Shown: positions 52,110-61,190 of the stretch, piece by piece
How the letters are laid out: every line of letters starts with the position of its first letter
Numbering within the stretch: the stretch's first letter is position 1
Assembly: GCA_018673915.1 (NCBI GenBank)
Contig: JABHBK010000044.1
Coordinates: forward strand, 86,940-150,939
DNA: 64,000 nucleotides
From: Nitrospina sp.
GTDB lineage: Bacteria > Nitrospinota > Nitrospinia > Nitrospinales > VA-1
Reading direction: 5' to 3'
The notes under the pieces: model-generated
Told to the model about the DNA's origin: nothing
Seen by the model: the letters and a program-made list of their open reading frames with translations, nothing else
Database searches by the model: none
Position numbers and translations under genes: made by a program

Positions 52110-53018
52110 ATGAATTCACTTTATCGGCCTCCGGCATCCCAGCAAATTTATAAAGCCACGGTTCCACCCGAATATCACGATTTTTCCGTAGAACAGTATT
52201 TTTCATTACGGTTTTCCTATCAGAGCAAAGAAGCCTGGATTGCACAGATTTTAAACGGAGACATTACCGTAAATGGTAAAAAGGCTCATCCGGGTTGGAT
52301 CCTTCGAGAAGGGGATAGCATTATTACTCATGCCGGAGTTCGTCAAGAACCTCCTGCAGATTGCAGTTTAAATGTGGTTTATCAAGATAGGTATATCCGG
52401 GTGTTTAACAAGCCTGCACCCATTCCTGTACACCCTAGTGGAAGGTATTTTCAAAACAGCATGACAGAAGTTTTGAAGAAAGTATTTCCCGAAGAGGTTC
52501 CGCGCCCTGTACAGCGGTTGGATGCAACGACTACCGGGTTGATCGTGTTTGCCCGTACCCGACAAGCGGCGGGTTTCTTAATGAAAGAGTTCCAAAATCA
52601 TCGAGTACAAAAAGAATATCTGGCCTTGGTAAAAGGAAAACCGGAGAATAAATATTTTACTCTTAATGCTCCTATTGGAGTTGTAAATGGAGCGCAAAGG
52701 GGGGTGGGTGAGGGTATCAAGAACCCAAAACCTGCGGTAACTAAGGTAGAATGCTTAACCACTACCAATGATCATTCGGTTTTGAAAGTGATTCCCCTGT
52801 CAGGTAGAACTAATCAGATTCGCGTGCATTTGTCCAACCACCGTCTACCAATTTTAAATGATGATGTTTACGGTGAGGGGGACTCAGGAAATTATGAGTA
52901 TGGATTGCATGCCTGGAAGCTGAGCTTCCAATGTTTTGATCGTCGCCTGGAGTTTAAAGTGTGTCCTCCTGCACATTTTCAACCTTTTTTAAAAGGTTTG
53001 GATAAAAATCGTTTATGA
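52110..53018 (+). CDS. RluA-family pseudouridine synthase with S4-like N-terminal region
   Basis: Catalytic context VQRLDATTTGLIVFART, plus LSGRTNQIRVHL. The ATG at 52110 is preferred. Confidence 0.85.
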   Translation: MNSLYRPPASQQIYKATVPPEYHDFSVEQYFSLRFSYQSKEAWIAQILNGDITVNGKKAHPGWILREGDSIITHAGVRQEPPADCSLNVVYQDRYIRVFNKPAPIPVHPSGRYFQNSMTEVLKKVFPEEVPRPVQRLDATTTGLIVFARTRQAAGFLMKEFQNHRVQKEYLALVKGKPENKYFTLNAPIGVVNGAQRGVGEGIKNPKPAVTKVECLTTTNDHSVLKVIPLSGRTNQIRVHLSNHRLPILNDDVYGEGDSGNYEYGLHAWKLSFQCFDRRLEFKVCPPAHFQPFLKGLDKNRL

Positions 53019-54070
53019 ATTTGATGCAACCACAATATGTTTCGGATGCGCCCTCTCTTTCCCCAATGAGTCAGGGAGGATTAATCACGCGCTCCAGAAA
53101 TCCATTCTGGCTGGCTCCTATGGCGGGGATCACCGATGTGTGCTTTCGTCAGTTGATGGATGAAATGCAGGCGGGAGTCTTGATTTCGGAACTCGTGTCA
53201 GCAAAAGGGCTTTTTTTCAATTCCATAAAAACTCGAAAAATGATGCGCATTCATAAAAGCCCCGGAACGATTGTTGGAATTCAACTTTTTGGCGAATCTC
53301 CGGAAGACATTGTTCGCGCAGTGAGCGTGGTGGAGGAGACAGGAGCAGATTTTATAGATATCAATATGGGTTGCCCTGTGAAAAAAGTGGTGAAAAAGGG
53401 ATGTGGTGCGGCCTTAATGCGAGACCCGGTTTATTTGGAAAAGTTTCTCACCACCATTAAAAAAGGGATTCGCTTGCCTCTCACTGTCAAGATGAGAACA
53501 GGTTGGAATGAAAATGAACTTACCATTCATGAATGTGTCCAAGCCGCTTACCAATCGGGTTGCGAGTGGGTAGCCATTCATGGGCGAACTCGCGCTCAGG
53601 GTTATGAAGGCAAAGCCGATTGGGATCTTATCGCAGAAGTCAAAAGCAGGGCGAAATTGCCTATTATCGGCAATGGGGATATCCGCAACGCCAATCAGGC
53701 AAAACAAAGATTACAGGAAACGGGAGTGGATGCGGTGATGATCGGACGTGGAGCTTTGCGCAATCCCTGGATATTTAAAGAGTGTGTCGGCCTGTCTGTT
53801 CAGCGTTCTGGTCTCAAGCTCCTCAATCAATATTTGAGTGGATTGCAGGAAAATTATGATGCCCGATCAACACTTATTTTATTGCGTAAGTTTTCGTCTT
53901 GGTTGGCATTTGGTTATCCCGGCGCGTCAAAGTTCCGAAAAAATATGTTTGAATGCTTTACCACTTCTGAAGTCATGCAACGGGCAGAAGACTTTTTTAA
54001 TCAGATTGCATATCTTCCCACTCCCAGCTTTGAAGACAGTGAGGCGTTCATGATGGGCGGTCATGGCTAA
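53015..54070 (+). CDS. dus: tRNA-dihydrouridine synthase
   Basis: WLAPMAGITDVCFRQL, DINMGCP, HGRTRAQGY. The start overlaps the upstream stop. Confidence 0.9.
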   Translation: MNLMQPQYVSDAPSLSPMSQGGLITRSRNPFWLAPMAGITDVCFRQLMDEMQAGVLISELVSAKGLFFNSIKTRKMMRIHKSPGTIVGIQLFGESPEDIVRAVSVVEETGADFIDINMGCPVKKVVKKGCGAALMRDPVYLEKFLTTIKKGIRLPLTVKMRTGWNENELTIHECVQAAYQSGCEWVAIHGRTRAQGYEGKADWDLIAEVKSRAKLPIIGNGDIRNANQAKQRLQETGVDAVMIGRGALRNPWIFKECVGLSVQRSGLKLLNQYLSGLQENYDARSTLILLRKFSSWLAFGYPGASKFRKNMFECFTTSEVMQRAEDFFNQIAYLPTPSFEDSEAFMMGGHG

Positions 54071-54107
54071 TAGCTGAAACAATCAAGCCCTATTTAGAGA
54101 GAAACAG

Positions 54108-54908
54108 ATGAGTGAGAAAACGACAAGTTTTGTAAAAACGCGTCCTGACCGGGTGCGCAAGCAATATAAAAAACAGGAAGAGTTCACACTTTATGGGTGG
54201 AATGCCTGCATGAGTGCATTCAAGGCAAGGCCGGAAAGTCTCTTGCGTATTTTTTTCAGCCGGGCCCGCACCTCCCAGTTAAAAGAGGTCAAGGCCTTTT
54301 GCGGAGAGAATAAAATCCCGTACCGTCAGTTGGATCAGGAATCCCTCAATAAGGTCGCCTCAGGTGTTCACCATGAGGGTGTAGTGATGGTAGTTCGACC
54401 CCTCCCACCACAATCTGCGCATCGATTGATCCGGGGAAAGATGCCTGATAAGGGATTGGTCGTTGCATTAGACGGAATTGATAACCCGCATAACCAGGGT
54501 GCGATATTGCGGACCTGCGCATTTTTTGACATCGAAGGTTTGATGGTTCCAGGAAATGGCAAAGCTACAGCGATTCCTTCCTCTGCCGCGAGAATGGCAG
54601 AAGGAGGGCTGGAGGAAGTTCCCGTATTTACCAGTAGCGATCTTTCTTCTGCATTAAGAGACTGTAGAGAACAAGGCTGGTTTGTGGTGGGTGCCGATGC
54701 AGATGCAAAAGAAACTCTATTCAGCGCTAAAATTAAATTTCCCGCAGTGGTAGTTATGGGGAATGAACAAGAAGGCCTTTCCAGCCGGGTAAAACAACGG
54801 TGCGATACGCGAGTCCGTATTCCAGGGAAAGGACAATCCCTCAACGTATCCGTTGCGGCTGGCATCATCCTGGCGGAATTAGATCGTCGTCGTAAAAATT
54901 CCAAGTAA
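54108..54908 (+). CDS. SpoU/TrmH-family RNA 2'-O-methyltransferase (RlmB-like)
   Basis: DGIDNPHNQGAILRT, VVMGNEQEGLS, IPGKGQSLNVSVAAGIIL. Confidence 0.85.
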   Translation: MSEKTTSFVKTRPDRVRKQYKKQEEFTLYGWNACMSAFKARPESLLRIFFSRARTSQLKEVKAFCGENKIPYRQLDQESLNKVASGVHHEGVVMVVRPLPPQSAHRLIRGKMPDKGLVVALDGIDNPHNQGAILRTCAFFDIEGLMVPGNGKATAIPSSAARMAEGGLEEVPVFTSSDLSSALRDCREQGWFVVGADADAKETLFSAKIKFPAVVVMGNEQEGLSSRVKQRCDTRVRIPGKGQSLNVSVAAGIILAELDRRRKNSK

Positions 54909-54921
54909 GAATTAATCGCAG

Positions 54922-55338
54922 ATGATTTTTTTTGCCAAACTTCATCCCTTAATCGTTCATTTTCCAATGGGCTTGTTAGTCAGTGGGGTGGTGTTCGAAA
55001 TTTATGGAGCTCTTCGAAAGGATGAGGTGGTAGAAACCGCAGGCCGATTCAACGTTCGGTTTGGTTTCTGGTGTTTGTTTCCGGTTCTACTAGTGGGGTT
55101 CCTGGGTATGATCAGCCTGGAAAACACGGAAAAGTTCAGGGACTTCCTGGTCAGTCATTTGACCTTTGCGTTTATCTCTGCTGGTGTGTTTATTTCTGCA
55201 ATGCTGGTTTCTCGTTACCTCCGCAAACCCTGGGGCAGAATTTTGTATTTCCTGATTATTGCACTAGGAGGTTGTTGTGTCCTGACCACAGGTTACTTCG
55301 GCGGGGAACTGGTTCATCGCTTCGGAGTTCCAGCGTGA
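54922..55338 (+). CDS. DUF2231-like membrane protein
   Basis: LHPLIVHFPMGLL signature, four TM segments. The TGA stop lies inside the 21-mer repeat. Confidence 0.7.
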   Translation: MIFFAKLHPLIVHFPMGLLVSGVVFEIYGALRKDEVVETAGRFNVRFGFWCLFPVLLVGFLGMISLENTEKFRDFLVSHLTFAFISAGVFISAMLVSRYLRKPWGRILYFLIIALGGCCVLTTGYFGGELVHRFGVPA

Positions 55339-55350
55339 CGCTGGACTCAA
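55330..55350. repeat. CCAGCGTGACGCTGGACTCAA 21-mer, copy 2
   Basis: Identical to 49870-49890. It contains the stop codon (55336-55338) of the gene at 54922-55338. Confidence 0.85.
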
Positions 55351-55376
55351 CTTGCCTCCCCTGCTAGGGGGGTCAC
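55351..55376. repeat. CTTGCCTCCC-hairpin module
   Basis: cttgcctcccctgctaggggggtcac is related to 25337-25360. It contains the stop codon (55373-55375, minus strand) of the gene at 55373-55759. Confidence 0.7.
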
Positions 55377-55759
55377 TTCATGAAAACCAACTGATAACCA
55401 GAAAACAGGCAAAGGCCCATTACCAAAATCCCAGCCGCATAGTACCCCAATGCAGTTCTGGAGAAGGTGTTGGTGTAGGCGTAGCCAGCAGAGAATCCAT
55501 AAAGAATCGTAAACAGGAAGGAATAGCCTTGATGCCCTTCAACATTCGCCACAGTAAGCAGGTTAATGTCAACGGAGACCATACCTGAGAAATCTGCAAC
55601 CACAGCGGCAAAAAGACCCAGGCTCAAATTAAAAGCTCCAGCGGCTTTTAATTTTTCATCATTTTTTTTATGGGCCAAATAAAGCAGGGCTAATCCGGCA
55701 ACAAATAATGCAGGGGGAAAATGGGAAATGAAAGGGTGAAAGGAAACGGAACTTATCAT
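55373..55759 (-). CDS. DUF2231-like membrane protein (paralog, convergent)
   Basis: FHPFISHFPPALFVAG signature, four TM segments. Confidence 0.7.
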   Translation of the reverse strand: MISSVSFHPFISHFPPALFVAGLALLYLAHKKNDEKLKAAGAFNLSLGLFAAVVADFSGMVSVDINLLTVANVEGHQGYSFLFTILYGFSAGYAYTNTFSRTALGYYAAGILVMGLCLFSGYQLVFMK

Positions 55760-55900
55760 TAGCGGGTTGCTGAAAAAATCATGAAGTCGTCATCCTCGAG
55801 GAGCCGAAGACAACGAAGGATTGTTCCTTACAAGACAAGAGGCGAGATTTTTCACTTTGTTCAAAATGACAAACACATTGCCACCGGCGGCTCGCCGGAC

Positions 55901-56197
55901 TTAGTCATCTTTTTTTCTCAAGTCGCCGGCGATATCCAGATCGGCTTCTGAAAGGTTGATATCAACGTCAACTTTCGTTGCGGCACTAATATCCTGTTCC
56001 AGAGCGTCGATATTGACAGATTGTTTGAGTCCTTCCGCTTCATCCATAACCTCTTTTTTCAGGCCACTGAACGTGCTTTGGAACTCTCCCCAACCTTTAC
56101 CAATGGCTTTTGCCAGTTTGGGAAGATTTTGCGGGCCAATCACCACAACAGCAATACCCATTATAATCATCAACTCAAAAAACCCGATATCAAACAT
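55901..56197 (-). CDS. tatB: twin-arginine translocase subunit, TatB-like (TatA/B family)
   Basis: MFDIGFFELMIIMGIAVVVIGPQNLPKLAKAIG closely follows the TatB N-terminal pattern (MFDIGF...GPQ.LP). Confidence 0.75.
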   Translation of the reverse strand: MFDIGFFELMIIMGIAVVVIGPQNLPKLAKAIGKGWGEFQSTFSGLKKEVMDEAEGLKQSVNIDALEQDISAATKVDVDINLSEADLDIAGDLRKKDD

Positions 56198-56342
56198 TCA
56201 AACACTCCATTTCTTTTTCTGGTGGGAATTATTTTAGCAGATAATGAGAAAAATTGTCATTAGTTTGAATACGAGGGGTTTTCCGGTAACTTTTCATAGG
56301 CCTTGAATAATAAGAGGTTTGAGGTAGTATAAGGGCAGATTT

Positions 56343-57275
56343 ATGAGAATTATTCGAGGAACAAAAAATATAACCGGCCCGATTGCTTATCCTGTAATGG
56401 CGATAGGCAATTTTGACGGGGTGCATGTAGGCCATCAGACTCTGTTCCGCAAAACCGCGGAATTGGCTACAGCAAATGAAGGTACGCCAATCGCGTTCAC
56501 CTTCGAGCCGCATCCGTTAAAGATCATTGCTCCAGAAAAAGTCCCTCCCTTACTGACCCATTTCAAAAAAAAGATGGAGTTGATTGAATCCTTTGGAGTC
56601 AGCCTTGTCATTTGCGCAGATTTTACCCGCCAATTCGCAGACCAGCGACCCCGTGATTTTTCCAAAAATATTCTATTTGAAAAAATTGGGGTGAAGGAAA
56701 TTGTCGTTGGATTCGACTACGCATTTGGCCGTGGAAGGGAAGGAACGATCCCTTACCTAAAAAAAATGGGGGAAGAATTTGGATTTAGGGTTCATGTTGT
56801 GGAGCCCTTCAAGCTCAATGGGCACACCGTGAGCAGTTCTCATGTTCGGGAACTTATAGAGGCAGGCCAGGTAGAAATGGCCAGTCAATTTCTAGGCAGG
56901 GATTATTCCATCTTAGGTCCAGTTATCTCTGGTTATAAAACCGGTCAGGCTATCGGATTCCCGACTGCAAATATAGATACCAGCAAGGTCCAGATACCCG
57001 GCACAGGGGTATATGCCGTTCGTGTCGTTTATGAAAATAATTCGTATGATGCAGTCGCCAATATTGGGTTTAATCCAACGTTCCACCGTGACCGGTTAAG
57101 TGTCGAGGTGCATATTTTTGATTTTAATCAGGTGATCTACAGTCATGAAATTGAAGTTCAGTTTGTGGCGCGAATTCGTAGCGAAATAGAATTTAAGTCC
57201 GCAGACGATTTGGTCGTTCAGATTAATCAGGACATTGAAAAAACCAAGAAGATTTTGCTGGAGAAGAAAATTTGA
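56343..57275 (+). CDS. ribF: bifunctional riboflavin kinase/FMN adenylyltransferase
   Basis: GNFDGVHVGHQ, SSSHVRELI, GFPTANI, IGFNPTF. Confidence 0.93.
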   Translation: MRIIRGTKNITGPIAYPVMAIGNFDGVHVGHQTLFRKTAELATANEGTPIAFTFEPHPLKIIAPEKVPPLLTHFKKKMELIESFGVSLVICADFTRQFADQRPRDFSKNILFEKIGVKEIVVGFDYAFGRGREGTIPYLKKMGEEFGFRVHVVEPFKLNGHTVSSSHVRELIEAGQVEMASQFLGRDYSILGPVISGYKTGQAIGFPTANIDTSKVQIPGTGVYAVRVVYENNSYDAVANIGFNPTFHRDRLSVEVHIFDFNQVIYSHEIEVQFVARIRSEIEFKSADDLVVQINQDIEKTKKILLEKKI

Positions 57276-58333
57276 AAAAAGCCCGCCAATTAATTATAGG
57301 TCTTGCCATTGCGGTGGGTGCTCTTTATTACACCTTGCGTAACATATCGCTAGATGAGTTGATCGCCTCTTTTAAAGAAGTGGAGTTGGTTTATGTCCTG
57401 CCGGCATTTGTAATAATTCTTTTAACCTTTGTAATTCGAGCTTATCGTTGGCAAATTCTACTTCGCCCATTTAAGGATATACCTGTTAGTGATATTTACG
57501 CGCCTCTTATGATTGGTTTTATGGGAAATATCCTTCCTGCCCGAGCAGGAGAATTTCTTCGTGCTTATCTGGTAGGAAAAAAACAAGGTATTACTTTTGC
57601 CGGGGCTTTTTCTACCATAATTGTGGAGCGCTTGTTTGATTTGATTTTTCTGCTGATCCTGTTTGTTTGGGTCTTTGTAGTCAATGTGGAGATGTTTGAC
57701 CCACAACTTACCTTTTCAGGGGTGTCTGTTCAAACTATGCTAACAGGGTTTGGCAAGTTGTGCGGGGTACTGGTCATAGGGTTACTAAGCTTCATGTTTC
57801 TTTTGGCTTACAAAGAGGAACAAGTTAAATCCTTCATAGGTTGGCTGGTAACACCTCTTCCAGATAACTGGAAGGAAAAGATTACTTTAATGGTGGGCGA
57901 GTTTGCCCTGGGATGCAAAATAATTAAGGATCCTGGTGCCCTCCTTCGAATCGTTTTATTATCCGCAGTGTTATGGTTGTTCTTCGTTGCAACCTATTAT
58001 CCTTTTTATTATGCCTTTGACCTGCAAAATAAATCCTTGGATTCTGTGTTGCTATTAACCGTGATGGTATGTGTTCTAATAACAGTACTTCCTACCCCTG
58101 GTTTTTTAGGATCTTTTAATGCAGGAGTTTTGATTGCCCTGCATGAGATTATGGGCGAGGCCGAGGTGACAGCCGTTAGTTTTGGTATGGTCTCCTGGGC
58201 GGCAAGCTTTATAGTTTTAATTGCCGGAGGGGTGTTTTATATTTTTAAAGATCATATGTCTATGCAGTCTTTGATCAAAGCAGAAGAGGAAGCCGAGGCA
58301 GAATTAGAACAAATAGAAACTACAAACAAGTGA
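57272..58333 (+). CDS. UPF0104/lysyl-PG-synthase-TM-like (flippase-like) membrane protein
   Basis: 8 TM segments with a VIRAYRWQILLRP motif. The start overlaps the ribF stop. Confidence 0.72.
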   Translation: MKKARQLIIGLAIAVGALYYTLRNISLDELIASFKEVELVYVLPAFVIILLTFVIRAYRWQILLRPFKDIPVSDIYAPLMIGFMGNILPARAGEFLRAYLVGKKQGITFAGAFSTIIVERLFDLIFLLILFVWVFVVNVEMFDPQLTFSGVSVQTMLTGFGKLCGVLVIGLLSFMFLLAYKEEQVKSFIGWLVTPLPDNWKEKITLMVGEFALGCKIIKDPGALLRIVLLSAVLWLFFVATYYPFYYAFDLQNKSLDSVLLLTVMVCVLITVLPTPGFLGSFNAGVLIALHEIMGEAEVTAVSFGMVSWAASFIVLIAGGVFYIFKDHMSMQSLIKAEEEAEAELEQIETTNK

Positions 58334-58358
58334 CATTCTGAATCTTTAAAACAAGGAG

Positions 58359-59549
58359 CTATGCTTTCGTTTGTAGCAATTTAATTAACAACTTCATTGC
58401 CATTCCGGCAAACTCGGCATGACCTGCCTCGCTGAAATGACCGTCATTAGGAATAAAGTATTTTTCGATATCTGCATCCTTCATTTGTTCAAAAAGTTCA
58501 AAAGCATTTAAATGCTCAATGCCCTGACTGGATAGAAAATTATCAAATTGTTTTAGGGGAAGTCGCGCGGATGAGTGATATTGACCTTGGCCGCCAAAGT
58601 GGATCACTGCCAGCTTGCTCCCGTTTTCCCGTACCTCGCTCTGCAGTTTAATTATTAATTTTCGTGTTATCTCCCAGCCCCCAGAATCAAAAAAGAATAA
58701 ATCATCAAAAATAGATGTTGTATCTTTGATGTCTGGAGAAGTTTGAACTTTGTTCTCTTCCGCACTTGCCAGGCTGACACGACGTACACTATGAATTCCT
58801 TTTTGATAGTGTAACCCTCTGGTTGATGCTGGCCCTTTCATATAGTCAGGCAAAAATATTCTTTTTATTAAGTGCTCCAGATGGTTGTATCGGGTCCGGG
58901 TAAATTGATATAAGCTGCTATTATTCCAAAGCCATTTGTTAAAGTTCTTACGCTTGACGTTCAGCTGAGTCCAGATGTTAATATCATATTGATCGAGAAG
59001 AGGGTTTCTAGAATCTGCTTTGCTGAAAAGCTGATCAATATTATTGCCGACATCATTACACCAGCAAAAAGCCAGAACCGTTAAGTCTGGCGTGTATTTC
59101 CGCGCTTTGATATGGAATCTCTGTAATTGTTGCCAGGTTCCTGTTCCCCCTACTCCAAAGTTGATAACTTCGACTCCTGGAGGGAAGGTTTCCGATAATT
59201 TTGTTTCCCAAACCCCAGCGAATTTTTTTTCTGGGGGAACAGCCTCTCCGGAAGTGAAAGAATCTCCCAATACGGCTACTCTGAGTTTTTCAGGGGTTCG
59301 CGCAATTGGATATGATTTTCCCAAAAGTCCATCCGCGTTGACTTCTACGTACATATTTATCTGATTTTCTTTCAGGTATCCTTTGGTATTGGGGCAGTAT
59401 GACCTTCCCAAGATCGGGTCATAGCATAGGACCCGGTTAGGCTGAGTGTCGCCCCAAATTCCCAGGCCGACCTCAAGAAGGAAAAGAAAAAAGATAAAGG
59501 GGATTGAAATGAAAATGAAGATCTTCTTTTTGGAATGAGCTTGCGCCAT
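58359..59549 (-). CDS. membrane-anchored SGNH/GDSL-type hydrolase or acyltransferase
   Basis: N-terminal TM segment. Block I VAVLGDSFTSGE. Block V-like NDGHFSEAGH. Confidence 0.7.
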   Translation of the reverse strand: MAQAHSKKKIFIFISIPFIFFLFLLEVGLGIWGDTQPNRVLCYDPILGRSYCPNTKGYLKENQINMYVEVNADGLLGKSYPIARTPEKLRVAVLGDSFTSGEAVPPEKKFAGVWETKLSETFPPGVEVINFGVGGTGTWQQLQRFHIKARKYTPDLTVLAFCWCNDVGNNIDQLFSKADSRNPLLDQYDINIWTQLNVKRKNFNKWLWNNSSLYQFTRTRYNHLEHLIKRIFLPDYMKGPASTRGLHYQKGIHSVRRVSLASAEENKVQTSPDIKDTTSIFDDLFFFDSGGWEITRKLIIKLQSEVRENGSKLAVIHFGGQGQYHSSARLPLKQFDNFLSSQGIEHLNAFELFEQMKDADIEKYFIPNDGHFSEAGHAEFAGMAMKLLIKLLQTKA

Positions 59550-59597
59550 ATTTTAGTTTGCTTTGGTTAAATAAATTAAGGAAATTTTCATGCTTCT

Positions 59598-60548
59598 TTA
59601 CCAATGATCCTTATTCAGAACTTTAAAATAAAGATCTTCATATCCTTTAGCCATTTTAATATTGCTGAAATTTTTAACTACATGGTCTCTGCAGACAGAT
59701 GATTGAATTTCAGGCAAGCGTTCTAAGGCACTTAAAAATTCTTTTTTATTTTTGCATATGAAGCCGGTTGCGCCCTCCTTTACAATTTCGTGAAATGGGG
59801 GAATATCAGATAGGATTACCGGTGTCCCAGATACCATGGCCTCAATAACCGACAACCCAAAACTTTCCCAAGAAGAGGGGTAAAAAAAAGCTCGAGCCTT
59901 TTTCAGAAGATGTTTTTTTAAGATACCAAAAGTCTCCCCTCGGTATACAATTTTGTCTGTCAGCCGTTTTCGAACTTTCTTGGCAAAATACCCCGGATGC
60001 CGGACAGGACCAGAAATAATCAATGGCATTTTAGCCTTCTCAGCAATATTAATTGCAATATCCACGTTTTTTCTGGGATGAATGGCTCCTAAAAATAAAC
60101 AGAAATCTTCCTTTTCGTCACAAAAAGAATATTCGCCCAAATCCAAACCATGATGCACAAATATATCAGAGCCATTGGATCTGGCGTCGGCCTGAGTCGG
60201 GTAGACCGTGTTGGGTACAGGTTCAAAACGTTCATTATGATGAGTTGAAATTCCGGGAATGTCGGAATGACGCAAACGAAACAATTGCGAAAAGGTATGG
60301 TCGTGTACGATATCCGGTTTGATATCAAGAATAACCTGATAAGAGGTATTATAGGCCTCTTCCTCTGACCCCCATAAAGGAATTGGGATGTTGATAGCTG
60401 GAGAATCTCCCCCTTCAGGCGCGACAACATACACGGTGTGGCCCGCTTCAACTTGAGCTTTGGATAGCCAATGAACTACCCTTTCTGTTCCTCCATATCC
60501 CTCTGGGGGAACTACGTTATTAGGGATCGAAATATGGACTATTTTCAT
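59598..60548 (-). CDS. glycosyltransferase family 4 (GT-B)
   Basis: GGTERVVHWLS N-terminal motif and the E-x7-E region ESFGLSVIEAMVSGTPVI. Confidence 0.85.
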   Translation of the reverse strand: MKIVHISIPNNVVPPEGYGGTERVVHWLSKAQVEAGHTVYVVAPEGGDSPAINIPIPLWGSEEEAYNTSYQVILDIKPDIVHDHTFSQLFRLRHSDIPGISTHHNERFEPVPNTVYPTQADARSNGSDIFVHHGLDLGEYSFCDEKEDFCLFLGAIHPRKNVDIAINIAEKAKMPLIISGPVRHPGYFAKKVRKRLTDKIVYRGETFGILKKHLLKKARAFFYPSSWESFGLSVIEAMVSGTPVILSDIPPFHEIVKEGATGFICKNKKEFLSALERLPEIQSSVCRDHVVKNFSNIKMAKGYEDLYFKVLNKDHW

Positions 60549-60809
60549 TTATTGACTTTCCCTTGGGTTTTTAATTTTTGCAGATCGAAATATTGGGCTG
60601 GGAATCGGGATTCATGATCGGGTTAATTTTCTGGGTTTCGTTGTGATGGGAGCACCGCAATGCTTATTATCCGAAGCATTGTTCTGCATTATAACTAATT
60701 CAGATATTTAGCATTTTGCCATCACCCTGTCAAACAATGAGACCCATCGGGAACGTGGCAAAGCGGGTTGGGGAAGGTTTGTTCGCCAGATAGAGTTTAT
60801 TACCCCTTG

Positions 60810-60830
60810 CACCCCTGCGGGGCATGAAGG
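60810..60830 (-). repeat. REP-like hairpin
   Basis: Plus strand reads cacccctgcggggcatgaagg. Minus strand reads ccttcatgccccgcaggggtg. Confidence 0.65.
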
Positions 60831-60872
60831 CTAAGGAGGGAACTAAACATCAAGGGGAAGATCATTAGAGTA

Positions 60873-60894
60873 TTACCCCTCCGGGGCACGAGAG
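60873..60894 (-). repeat. REP-like hairpin
   Basis: Plus strand reads ttacccctccggggcacgagag. Minus strand reads ctctcgtgccccggaggggtaa. The flank agagtattacccct echoes agagtttattacccct about 76 nt upstream. Confidence 0.65.
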
Positions 60895-61098
60895 TTTATG
60901 TTAAATATCACGTGCGCTTGAGTGTTCAGTCCGCTTTACGGGTAATGCAGTGCTGGCCCCACGCCTGGTGGAGCCGAGTCAATTGCCATTTCAATTCCAC
61001 AGGAATTTGCTATAATGCGCCCTTAAAGATTTTTCTTTGCTTGGTCATTGTGATTCTTAAGTAATCATGGGTATATGCCAGCAGACTTAGAAAGATAT

Positions 61099-61182
61099 GC
61101 CGAAGTGGCGGAATTGGTAGACGCGCATGATTCAGGTTCATGTGCCCGAAAGGGTGTGGAAGTTCGAGTCTTCTCTTCGGCA
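61099..61182 (+). tRNA. tRNA-Leu (anticodon CAG), no encoded CCA
   Basis: gccgaagtggcggaattggtagacgcgcatgattCAGgttcatg..., a long variable arm, ggaagttcgagtcttct, and the closing acceptor strand cttcggc plus A. It is close to canonical bacterial tRNA-Leu(CAG). Confidence 0.9.
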
Positions 61183-61190
61183 CTCTCTAG

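Noticed and set aside
61011-61016. A TATAAT hexamer about 83 nt upstream of tRNA-Leu(CAG) as its promoter -10 box.
   Set aside because: There is no acceptable -35 element at 16-19 nt spacing (the TTGCCA is 22 nt away). This is too weak to annotate.
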